Source of the DNA: Phallusia mammillata
Taxonomy: Eukaryota
NCBI GenBank assembly: GCA_965637545.1
Contig: OZ281496.1
Location: forward strand, 21,762,001 to 21,826,000
Length of the DNA: 64,000 nucleotides
Direction of reading: 5' to 3'
Below the pieces are notes generated by a model. It was not told where the DNA came from and did not search any database. It saw only the letters and a list, made by a program, of their open reading frames with translations. This document shows positions 47,962 to 58,681 of the stretch, piece after piece. Made by a program: the position numbers and the translations under genes. Position 1 is the stretch's first letter. Every line of letters starts with the position of its first letter.

Positions 47962-49030
47962 CAGTGATTCCCAAACTTTTTTGACGCGCCTAAATTCCTT
48001 CTAAGAATTAATTTTGTGTGGTTTCTACCGACCAATAAATATGCATGCAGAAACTAGGGTTGGCCCGATACCAATATTTTGAACCGATACCGATACCCGA
48101 TATTTTACCCCAAAAGTACTGCGATCCGATACCGATACCCGATACTTTGCAAACAAGCAACAACATTTTCAAACTGATGTATTTGTAATGTGTTTTCCCA
48201 TCACAGTTAATATAACAACATACTGAGTCTAACACATTAACTGCTTTTTTACCATCACAGTTAATTTAACAACGCACACAGTATAATAAATCACTTAAAC
48301 AAAACACTTCACCATTTAAGTCTTAACACCAAGAAACAACACTAAACTACTGGCACTAAAATTTTTTTTACAGTAATCAGAAATTGAAATGAGTAATCAG
48401 TTATCATTTCACACATTGTGCTTGATGACAATAAGTTTGTTTACGTTTTCTGGTGACAAACGGTTTCTTAAAGGAGACACAATATTACCAGCAACCATGG
48501 GCGCCGCCACGTAGGGGCAAGAGGGGCACTTGCCCCAAGCTATAACTTGTCGTCTGTCGAAAGTTCCCGGCACAATAACAACAGAAAATAGCATTATTAC
48601 ACAAGTTAGACGTGCAAAACCAACCAACCGAACAAGTTCGGGTTTGCCCTTTGCCAAACTCAATGCATCCAACAATCGTGCATATAGCATCCGACAATTG
48701 TGCACATTTGCAATCAGACGTGCCTAGCGTGCTATTAGACGTGACAGAAGCAATGGTTGGACGACCATACATTGTTGGGACTTGGAACTTTTACTTTCCA
48801 TGAACATAACGTCTTCAAATCGATCGTGAGGCGTAATTCCTAGTTCGTTTGATTGGATGAATGATGGATGTATGAAATAAGTTCTCCACATTGTACAAGC
48901 AAATGCCTAAACATGACCATGCATCGCAGGACTACATTTTATGGGTTGGCCTGCATATAAAGTTCTTCATACTCCTGATGTCCCGAAACAGCAGAAAACC
49001 TATCTTTCGTTACTCTACCAGCATTGTAGA
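47962..49030. mobile_element. Mosaic of hAT-derived sequence
   Basis: Left end CAGTGATTCCCAAAC. Blocks 47962-48055 and about 48600-48990 match 57459-58040. TAGGGTTGGCCCGATACC/CCGATACC arrays at 48056-48150. Confidence 0.65.
48409..48500 (-). pseudogene. Relic of hAT transposase C-terminal dimerisation domain
   Basis: Translates AGNIVSPLRNRLSPENVNKLIVIKHNV*, resembling the hAT C-terminal AG..v...R.RL.pe.V..L pattern. No intact upstream frame. Confidence 0.65.
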
Positions 49031-50778
49031 TGTGCTTATCGCATTTGACTTTTTTTTAAACGCAAGATTTCAACTGATTTTGATGAATTTAAATGCGAAT
49101 TCACAATAATGTGTTAAATATAACCGTGTTATTTATTTGTTTGTGAAAACAATGGCAAAGAAGAGAATCAGATAATAATGTTTAAATTAATTCCTTGTAT
49201 TTCTAACCTTATAATCTCATCTCCGAAGCGAACCCAAACAAGTAAAACAAAACAATATCAAAAAAATCACTGTGCAATTTGTTTGCATCAGTGCCATTTT
49301 TGCTGACATTATAAAACATAAAGGCCGATCAAACTGGTGTAATGTGATAAACGTAAAATGCAAATCATCACTGACCAAATTAGATGTTTGGTGTTAAAGG
49401 CCAGATGCAGCATTTCAAACAAGTTTGAAAGCAGCATCTGACATTATCAGCAAGACAAGCGCGACGAACGGCGTTTTCGGCTCGACGGCTTTTGTGGAAA
49501 ACGCGCCTTGCATATCCCCAGGAAGAACCACTGGCCACTGTTGAGTAGTTTTACACAGTAAAATAATGATAAACCTACAGTTTCTGCAATGTAGTATGAG
49601 ACACATACTGTGGTAGTGGATTCATTGTAAACTTTTCGTCTGATAATGTTTACTAGCACAAATTTACAGACAAAAAACATTTGTTAAAAATCTCACTGCA
49701 TTTTGTTGTGCAGTTTAGGCAGCAATTGTTGCGTCATAAAGATGCATTTATTCTAAATTCTAAAGTTGTCTGAATGCAAGTGAAAATAGTGCTCTGTGAA
49801 AGTGAGTGCAAAACAGTTTTGTTTCTTTTTGCAGGTTTACATGTATGTGTGTGTGTGAAGAAAAAGCTATTCTTAAACTTGGAATTAAATGCTACATTAA
49901 TATTGTACACTTTAAATGTACGTACCAAACAGCAAAAGTGTGAACTGTTCCCAATTTTTAAGTAAAAAGGCACCAACTGTCTATATAGGTATTAAAGTTT
50001 GTTCACTTTCAGTGTGAAATGAAGTGCTGTAGTGGTTGCTTAACTTACAGATTGGGAAATGGAAATTGACATGGAACATCGCCGGTCAGTGATGTAAAAT
50101 GCAATACTTACTTCTTTTTTTATTTTCAGGTGCTTTGCTGGCGAAACTGTTGTATTGTGTTTACTGACTTGAAACAAAACCAACAGATATTCTGTTCTGC
50201 CAATCAGAAATCTCTATTTCAAATAGGTGAAAGCCAAATAGCAATCAGAAGAGACCTTATCAGAAAAATGCACCAAGACCGGTCACCAAAGTCAACTTTA
50301 AAGAGGTACAGTTATAAATATGGTCAAATTTTCACCGGCCGCGTCGGCAACCTTTCAAAAACCGCGTGACAAATTTAATTTTTATGTAAAAAAGTAATGG
50401 CTTTGTATGTCAATTTTTTTGTTCGAAATACTGTATTTTGACTTGCTGACCTGGGCTTGTGTGTCAGGGATTGCCGACCATGCTCTATAGGCAAGGCGAT
50501 ATGCTACAGTCAATATTTGGGAAATTGTTGTGTTGCGATACAAAGTTAATGACGATCTAATAGCAAGGAGGACCTGGAACATTGGGGTGAAATCATAGTT
50601 TTTTTTCCCTAGTATCCATAAATAAGGGGTCACTGATTAAATGCCGGTCGTGTTTTAATTGTGTCATATATTGGATTTTCAAAAATAAACGCATGCAATG
50701 TATTTTTAAATTGCTACTTATTTGTATGATGACATTGTCGTTGTGTGACGAAGCTATGTGTTATAGGTTTAATTCATT

Positions 50779-51030
50779 GATAGAGCTACTAACACTGGAA
50801 CTCACATGCCTGCTACTTTCCTGTAGGTGACGAAACGGAAATATTTAAATGCAGTTCGTGTGAAAAATGCTGACGGATAGGGCTATTAGGGTTGGTGTGG
50901 AGTCTTGTAATAATAATAACAATAAAATCAACCTAAAAACCAAAAATTTAGTCCCTAACCCAACCTCAGTCTCACTGTTCATTTAAATAACTGCTCTTTA
51001 CGTCATCTAAAGGTATTTTGCAAAGCTTTT
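50779..51030. mobile_element. Truncated copy of the GGTAGAGCTA Mutator-like MITE
   Basis: TAGAGCTACTAACAC.., CTGACGGATAGGGCTATTAGGG.., CATTTAAATAACTGCTCTTTACG shared with 19100-19963. Right end missing. Confidence 0.7.
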
Positions 51031-52168
51031 GTATTGTGACGACTGCTTTTAGGTAAAACTGTCAATTTCTTGAGCAGTATATAAAGGATGTTGACTATGA
51101 AGTAATCCCGCCATTGCTTTAAGTTTTTGGCTCGTTTCTTTTTTAGGTGTGTATGGCCATAGCCGTCGATTCCCGGGGTGACAGGGGTGGCGTGCCTCCC
51201 CATTAAAAATCTCTGGGGTGGCAGCCGTTATAAAAAAGCTATGCTGCCACCCCAGAAATTGCCTGGCCTTATTTACATTCGTGCATTATAGATATGCATT
51301 TCTTTTATTGACATGCGCTCTTTCTAACGGCCGGTACACTTCGAGCATGTGCAAAGCAAGATGCGCAAAATCCTTATTGTTTTCAAACAACGCTTGGGGA
51401 AAACCGATTTTGTGCTACTCGCTTTAGCGACTTTCGTCAAGTTTAGTCCGCCAGAGCAATTCTGGACAGGACTTATAACGTGACGTTTGTTTGTGTGTAT
51501 TCTGGAGGTTGATTGGCAGTTCGAGAATATATTCCTTTTCCATGCCCGAGAAACAGAATTGTAGCGGCCACCCATGTGCGTAAAGTTCTTGTCGAAACTG
51601 CAAAGCCGATTCGATACTTTTGCAAAATTGAACGTGTAAAACTAATTTACAGTTCTCTGTTTAGGTATTGCAAGCGCATTTGCGATTTGTTCGTCTTGAT
51701 ACCTTTTTAACCACACTCTTTCTTAAGGGATAAATAAAATGCACAACTAGACGATGTGTGACGTACTTTCACAGGTGTCACATCCAAGTGAAGCAAGTTT
51801 GCGAGTACAGATTAATGTTCGTGTTTATGCCCTGCCAATATCCGCGAAAGCCATACGAACCTAAACGCGTACAACGTTGTGTTTTGATCACGTAACAAAC
51901 CACTTTTCTTCGCCAAATTTTGCCACCCCACAAACGAAACTTTTTGCTGAAAAATCGACGCCTATGTGTATGGCGTATGTAATTAATTCAAGTGCTTTAG
52001 TACTCCTGCGTAAAAAAATACCGTGGAACAATTGCGACATCCAATGGTGACACTCTGATAAAAGTTAAAAATATTTTCACGAATAATAAACGTTGTAGCC
52101 AGTTATTGAGAGAAGTTGCGCTATGGCTTTCTGCTTTGTTTTTGTTTTTGTTTTGGATTGGTCTAAAA

Positions 52169-52907
52169 CAGGGGTGGGGAACCTTTTTGTTTGTGAAGGC
52201 CGCCAAACGGTTTATCGACACTCGTTCAGGCCACACAGACTATTTCTCAGGCCAAGGACAGTGACATTCAAACTTTTTGACTTACAGAATGGTTGATGTG
52301 GGGTCACGTCTAAAACTGCGGGCCCGCTTGGCCCAGCACTTGGCCCAGCACTTGGCCCGTTTTTCCCAGCGAGAGACGGGCTAAGCAAATGGATATAGTG
52401 GGCCCGCAGTTTTTCAATTGCATGAAGTGCTGGGCCAAGCGGGCCAAGTGATCCAAGTGGGCCCGCAGTTTTATACGTGATCGGTTGATGTGCTACTGGA
52501 CTTACGGTCCAAGCTAAATAAAATTCGTCACTACATTTCTACCCTCTCCACAACATTCAGGATTTTATTAACATATAAACTCGCTTGTTTATTAATATCA
52601 ATCTAAGAGCATCTTGTGACATCACAGACGAGTTTAAGACATTCGATTGTGCGCAAACAATTGTTCGTTTGCAGCAGAAGTAAGATTGTAGAAACTTGGT
52701 CTCTTGGCAGTTCTACGGATATCGCTTTGTGTACCAGTACGCAAACATTTGGCTCTAAACCGCTGCGCTTAAACCAATCAAATCGTAATGTGGAATAAAG
52801 GTAAAAAAATACGTTTCTGTCTAGTTTTTAGCGCATGGTGCAGTGTGTATTATCAACATCGTTAATTGTATTCTGACATCGTTTAGGCCGCAGGTTCCCC
52901 ACCCCTG
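52169..52907. mobile_element. hAT MITE hosting a nested TIR element
   Basis: Perfect TIR CAGGGGTGGGGAACC / GGTTCCCCACCCCTG. Perfect TSD GTCTAAAA. Confidence 0.92.
52301..52482. mobile_element. Mutator-like MITE nested in the hAT MITE
   Basis: About 30-bp TIR (G)GGTCACGTCTAAAACTGCGGGCCCGCTTGG / CCAAGTGGGCCCGCAGTTTTATACGTGATC. Flanking duplication GGTTGATGTG. Internal CTTGGCCCAGCA repeats. Confidence 0.8.
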
Positions 52908-53396
52908 GTCTAAAACTTGGCAAAAACACACACTATATGTCCTCTTTACTTATAAGAAAATGGTTTACTGAAGCGGCCAAAGCTTTATTGTGCAACGAAG
53001 CCATGTCAGAAGTATGTTAGAAACGTGAAAAAGATAGAGCAACGCAAATCAGGCGTTTATAAACAGGCAACGCGGTAAACGAAAACGGCAAATGGCACGC
53101 CGCGATGCGCATGAGTGGCGCCTTTACGCACGTTCAAGTCCTATGTTTTACCAGTCGATTGTAAATTTTACCGTCGTAAAAACTATATTTCTTTGTTAAG
53201 TGGGAATTCAAGTGGATTTTTTCGTATAGATTTGATGCAAAGATTTCTAAAAGCTTGTGCCATGTCAGATGGTTTTCAATTGTTTTCTTTCATTTTTATT
53301 AGTACCCACGTTTCTTTGAATGAATTATTCATTTTTGTTAATGTACAATCAAAACTTGGAACATAAATGGTGAAACAAGCGCTTAAAATGTAAGCC

Positions 53397-56300
53397 TTAA
53401 ATGATTAAACAAAACATAAGACAGACGCCCCAAATGACTTGAAATGCATGGTGAACGCGCAGTCCACTTATTGCGCCACAGGTATAACTCCCAACGTAGT
53501 TAATGCATTTATCATTTGGACATGGATCAGGCGTTTGTTCGCATTCATTGACATCTGGAAAATATGTGGTGAAATATTACTCAGTTATTCTAAATTGGAT
53601 AACACATACGCTGTAAAAGTTTGAAAATAAAACTAAAATGTAAAATCTCGACTTACCATCCGGTGCAGTGAAGTTTAAACCTGTAACTGCAAAAACAACG
53701 AGCTACGGTTATTTACGTTGCAGATTAATTAGTATTATTGATTGATTGATTTATGACCCATGAAATAAATCAGTTCCAAACGATGTGACAAATATTAACA
53801 TTTGGTATATTCTACTTCGTTTACCCGTTTCAATCCAAGAGTACACTTGTGTCATTTGTGTGTAAAATGTTGGCCCATTATCACATCTGTCGTCACTAAA
53901 ACTGTTCACACCATATTGGTACCATGTCCCGTCGCCAACATCGCACATCAGTGGTCCGCCCCAATCTCCCTGAAATAATATTGTTATTTTGTTATCAGTT
54001 TTAGTATGGGAAAACTATAAATTCACGCATCGTCCCAAACAATGGTTTTAACATGCTTAGTTTTCCCTTTAGTTGGAATTTACGGACCAAATATGACTGT
54101 GACCCATTTTACCCATTGCGGAATAAAAGAGTGAAAGCCTGGAAACATTAAACATAAAAGTAGTTATTACCGCACAAGTATCTTTGTTGTCTGCATGGGC
54201 ACACAGAAGGGTGCTGGGGAGCCCATCAGGCGACGCACCGCGAAATCTTCTGTAGTTTGGATCACAGTATGTCCTGGTTTGTATCTGCATTTCTACTTCT
54301 TGTAACGTCTCAGAAGGACGAAATGTATGGTCTAAAGCAGTGTGGTCCAACTTTATTTTGTTGCGGGCCATTTAAAATCGTTAACTTACTACGCGGGCCA
54401 AGGTTTAAATTTTTGCAGGAAAAAACTTTTTCTGGGCCAACTCTAGGGTAACTATACACCTTTTTTACCTACAGATAAGTTTATTTTTATACTTTGTAGT
54501 TATTTACTTAGCAGAAGCTGTCAAAAATATTCAGTTTCCACTCTAGCGCAGAAATGCCCCTGAACGGTTTGGAGAAGCAGAACCCTTTATTACATAACAA
54601 TGCCGTGTCATGCGTCACAATAGGAGATTTTATAGCATTTAGTGTGCGTTAATCCTGATATATTGAAAACATTGAATTACTGAAGACAAAACTTATAGTT
54701 GTCATTAAAATGTTGGGACTTTCGCGGGCCAACAAAATTATCTCGCGGGCCACAATTGGCCCGCGGGCCTGCAGTTGGACCACGCTGGTCTAAAGGAAAA
54801 TCAGGATTTTTTTTGCAAACTGCAATACTTCATACCTTAAAAAGATCCACTCAGTTTATTGTTTGGTCATAGTTAGGCCTGCCCAAGTCAAAACGGTAGG
54901 TTAGCGACAGGAAAATTCTTTGGCGCGGGACGGATGCTATTGTTGCTATAACATTTATATTAAGTAATCGTGAAATAGAAGATATCGTGGACAACGGCAA
55001 AAATAACTAATCAATCAAAATTTCGTGTATAAATATTGAAATTAAAGTCTGTAAAATGAAGTTGAGTGAAAAATGCAGATCCGTGAAATGACAATACTTC
55101 TTTGTCACACATCCACAATGGATCACGCCAGACACTCACCTATTTTGTACAAAACTATACAATAAACCTTCGACTGATTTCGCTAATAATAACAGCAATA
55201 AAAAGTGTCATTTCGAACACAAGACGTCCTAAAGTTGTAAGTCGGACCGGGCTTTGCGGGCCGGTTTCGGTTTCGGTTTCGGGCTTGGGTTTCTTAAAAA
55301 ATGCGGGCTTGATTCGGGCCTAACTTTACACTTGGTGTCAACATTTTTTAAATATCTTTAACTAGCTCAGTAGCCAGTTGATGGGCCTGACCTAATTTTG
55401 AACAGCCCTTAAACGCCTTGTTTAAGACCAATTGTCTGTTGTGTTGGTTGTCTTAGTTTTTCTGAGGCTTTAATTTAAACGCCTGTCAATCAAACTTTCG
55501 GACCTAAAAGGGCTTCCACAAAACCATGCGGGATCGGGCCGGGTTTCGGGCTTGTACTTTCGGGTTCGGGCTGTGTTCTGGCTCCAGTTTCAGGCCCGTT
55601 TACAACTCTACGATTTAAAATCGTTCCGCGGGAAGCATTATCTTATTCAGGCCTGCTTAAATAAAACCATCAATGATCGAAGACCAAAGTTCATGAAAAC
55701 CTATAAGTTTTATACACATATCATATCTTAAAATCCTAAGGACGAATGACCCTATTGTTGTTCACGACTAACTTATAAATGTATTATCGTAAGGTGTAAA
55801 CAAACAAATCAAAAATTTACTCCTAAAATCATACCATGTGTTCTTCCCCAACCCGCAAAGAAACATTTTGTGTTTGGAGGCAATTCGTAATTCGTTCCAG
55901 GTGGTAAACAGATGGGTCTCACATCATCATTAAACACAATTCTTGACGACACTTCTAAAAGCGCTGCGTCGTTTCCTGACTGATAATTTCTGAAAAAGTA
56001 AGTATCTTAATATTTTCACTACACAAACTATATGTGTCCATGTTTGAATATTTACGTACATAAAACTTGGGTGTTTGACCTTTCTTCTCACTGGTAACCT
56101 TTGTTCTCCTGGCGCATTTTCAGAAAGCGTCAGTGTTCCAGCGTAGATCACCAACCTAAGTTAAGGTCCATATTACTTTGTTTGTTTTGTTGTGTTGTCT
56201 TATGTTTACTCACGTTTCAGAGTCACTGAAACAGTCGGCTCCCGTCATGACCCATTTTGCAGACAAAATACTTCCTCCACATAAAAATTCATGGAATAGG

Positions 56301-56903
56301 ACATTGTTTTTAAACACTTGCACCATCCAGGGCCAAGAGCCGCTTGTTGAAGTTGACCCGCCGTGTATTCTTGCGCTCTGGAACATTCAAAAACGTAAAA
56401 GTTTAAAAATGTCTGACAAGTATAGTGAGTATGCAAAAGGTTTACCGTTCTGAACGAGCTGGACCGTTTACCACAGACTGGTGCTGGAGTCTCTGCAAAC
56501 CCAACGCGTTGGTTTGTTGATTATGTGACATACACTCTTGCAAATTTGTGTACATATTAATTGTCTATGTGTAAAAGTAAATATACCTGTGCATGTTGGA
56601 ATTGGACTGTCCCAACTGGCATCGGTTTCGTTTGCTACGCATGTTGCAGTTGGTATTCCATTAAGAGTGTAACCGCTTTTGCAGGAAAAATCTACTACTT
56701 CTGCATTGTTATATACGGCGGAGTCTGGAACCACATTGCCATTCAAAATATCTGGTCTGGAACAAGTAGGAACTGCAAGACAAAATTTACATATTTTAGT
56801 TTTCTAATAGTTAACGTACCAACAGCAATGGCAACGTACCAACAGGTGTTGTTAACACCAGTACCACATTGAGAATGAGAAAGTAACTTTTAGCGTACTT
56901 CAT
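53397..56903 (-). CDS. Secreted or GPI-anchored serine-protease homolog: signal peptide - CCP/Sushi - inactive trypsin domain - truncated cbEGF - hydrophobic tail
   Basis: Exons 56903-56840, 56772-56587, 56492-56446, 56377-56214, 56155-56060, 55989-55835, 54331-54171, 53969-53825, 53687-53657 and 53554-53397 join in phase. Motifs CGKR, RIHGG, SWPWMV, CGGSILSAKWVMTGADC, NDAALL, PICLP, GWG, DTCAGDWGGPLMC, DVNEC..CINYVGSYTC. Confidence 0.88.
54338..54787. mobile_element. hAT MITE inserted on the 3' splice site of protease exon 7
   Basis: TIR CAGTGTGGTCCAACT / AGTTGGACCACGCTG. Perfect TSD GTCTAAAG (minus strand CTTTAG|AC) at 54330 and 54788. Confidence 0.92.
55230..55610. repeat. Dispersed TIR-type repeat (TAGAGTTGTAA family)
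   Basis: TAAAGTTGTAAGTCGG ... GGCCCGTTTACAACTCTA. Homologous to 26033-26310. No TSD seen. Confidence 0.75.
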
Positions 56904-57458
56904 CTTTCTAAATCGACAAGATTGTATATGTTTTTGAAAAATCTTTTTTTAAATATCACTTATAGCCTATTCATTTATAAAATGTCTAAACTTTCTGTAT
57001 TTAAGAGAATGCAAACCTGCATGTTGACAACAACGATTACTTTTACCTCTTGGAAATATCTTATTACAAAGACTGATGGTTCTTTACGTTCAGAACGATA
57101 TAAGGTGTGGTAACTTATATGTCAATAATATATTCCTAAATTTGTGTCTTATTTTCTATGTGTTGCGTTTTGCGATTCTTGCCCTATCGCTGTGCAAATT
57201 CAGAATTGTTGCTTGTATTTCATGTAGTTTACTAAGTTTTGCGATTTTTGTTTTCTTTCTCGGTCCTGCTGTTGGGTACAACTTGTTTCTTCATAGCTAT
57301 AGTGTCTCGGACGAGCTTTAAATTGTAATGCAGCTACTTAAAACAATACATACAAATACCCGTTTTAGTCCTATTTAAAAAGAGCTACAGAACTTTAGTG
57401 AAGGTTCTGATCACACTTTTATTAAATCGTAATAAAATCAGTTGCCTGTACCCTAGCA

Positions 57459-58040
57459 CAGTGATTTCCTAACTTCTAAAGACGCTTCAGTTTCTTTTAA
57501 AAATTAGTTTTGTGGTTTCTCGCGACCAATAAATATGCATGCAGAAACTCAGTTAAAGGATAATTAAAACTTCCAGACTTTTGCTTAATAAACAAAAGAA
57601 GCTGGTCCTGTGGTTGCGCGGTAAACAACTTGCTTACAATTCTGCTACAACTCTAGTTCTGTTCGCAAACCTATTTTGGCCTGTAACCAAACACCACCTA
57701 CCAACAAAGACAAAAACGGTCTTCACCCGAACCTAAAGCTCGGACAAGTTTTTGTTTAGACGCGTAAAACCAACCAACCGACAAGCGCGCACATACCTGC
57801 AATCAGACGTGTCTAGCGTGCTATCAGACGTGACAGAAGCAACGATTGGACAACGGAACTATGCTGGTACTTTTCTTTTCATTAATACAATGTCTTCGAG
57901 TCGACCGTGAGACGTATTGGATAAAGCATGCACAAAATTAGTACACCTTGTATAAGCAAATGCTTGAACATGGCATTAGGGGGAGAACGCAAGTTGTGCA
58001 CAACTAAAATAACAGTAAACCTACCTTTCGCTATTCTATA
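57459..58040. repeat. Second copy of the hAT-derived repeat at 47962-49030
   Basis: Shared strings GACCAATAAATATGCATGCAGAAACT, AAAACCAACCAACCGA and CAATCAGACGTG.CTAGCGTGCTAT.AGACGTGACAGAAGCAA. Confidence 0.75.
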
Positions 58041-58681
58041 ACAGTGGCGGGTCGTGCCTAAAATTATTGGGGATGTTGTTTGTATTTTTTAGCCTTTGTA
58101 ACTGTGAAAAAACAAAACAGCACACGTCTAACTTAGCAACTACATTGTGACGTGTTTTCGTCATGCCTGGGTGCACATGAGTGTAAACAGCAGTGCAAAG
58201 AGTATTAAAAACATGAGATGAAACTTCGGCAAGTCACGTGACTATTTGCATTGTTAAGCCATAGATCAGTGCTCTTCAACCGGGTATACTGTATACCCAA
58301 GTGTATACCGCATCAAAACTAGGGTATACAAGGAGACAAGGGTATACGAAGGGAATACAGCTGAGGTTAGTGTTACTGACAACAATTTTCTCACAACAAA
58401 TGTTTTTACATATCCTATCAGAAAAGCACCACATCCTGGCCAAAGTGATATTGACCAGATTCTCTATTATTGCGTCAGTAATGTGAACTATGAAGCATTA
58501 ACTAATAAAAACGATTATGACGTAATAGGCCGCATACACTCCTGGACTACGTGCACGACATGCTTAGTTGTGCTTTTAAGTTTCAAGTGTAGCTAGTGTT
58601 TGAGATAAATTGGCAGCGTGAACGTAAATCTGCATGATAAGATAACAACTGTGGCTAATTTATGATAGTTTGGAAGTTGCA

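Noticed and set aside
51218-51710. Overlapping 65-83 aa ORFs in a moderately GC-rich patch
   Set aside because: No domain, no phase-consistent neighbouring exons, and flanked by transposon debris.
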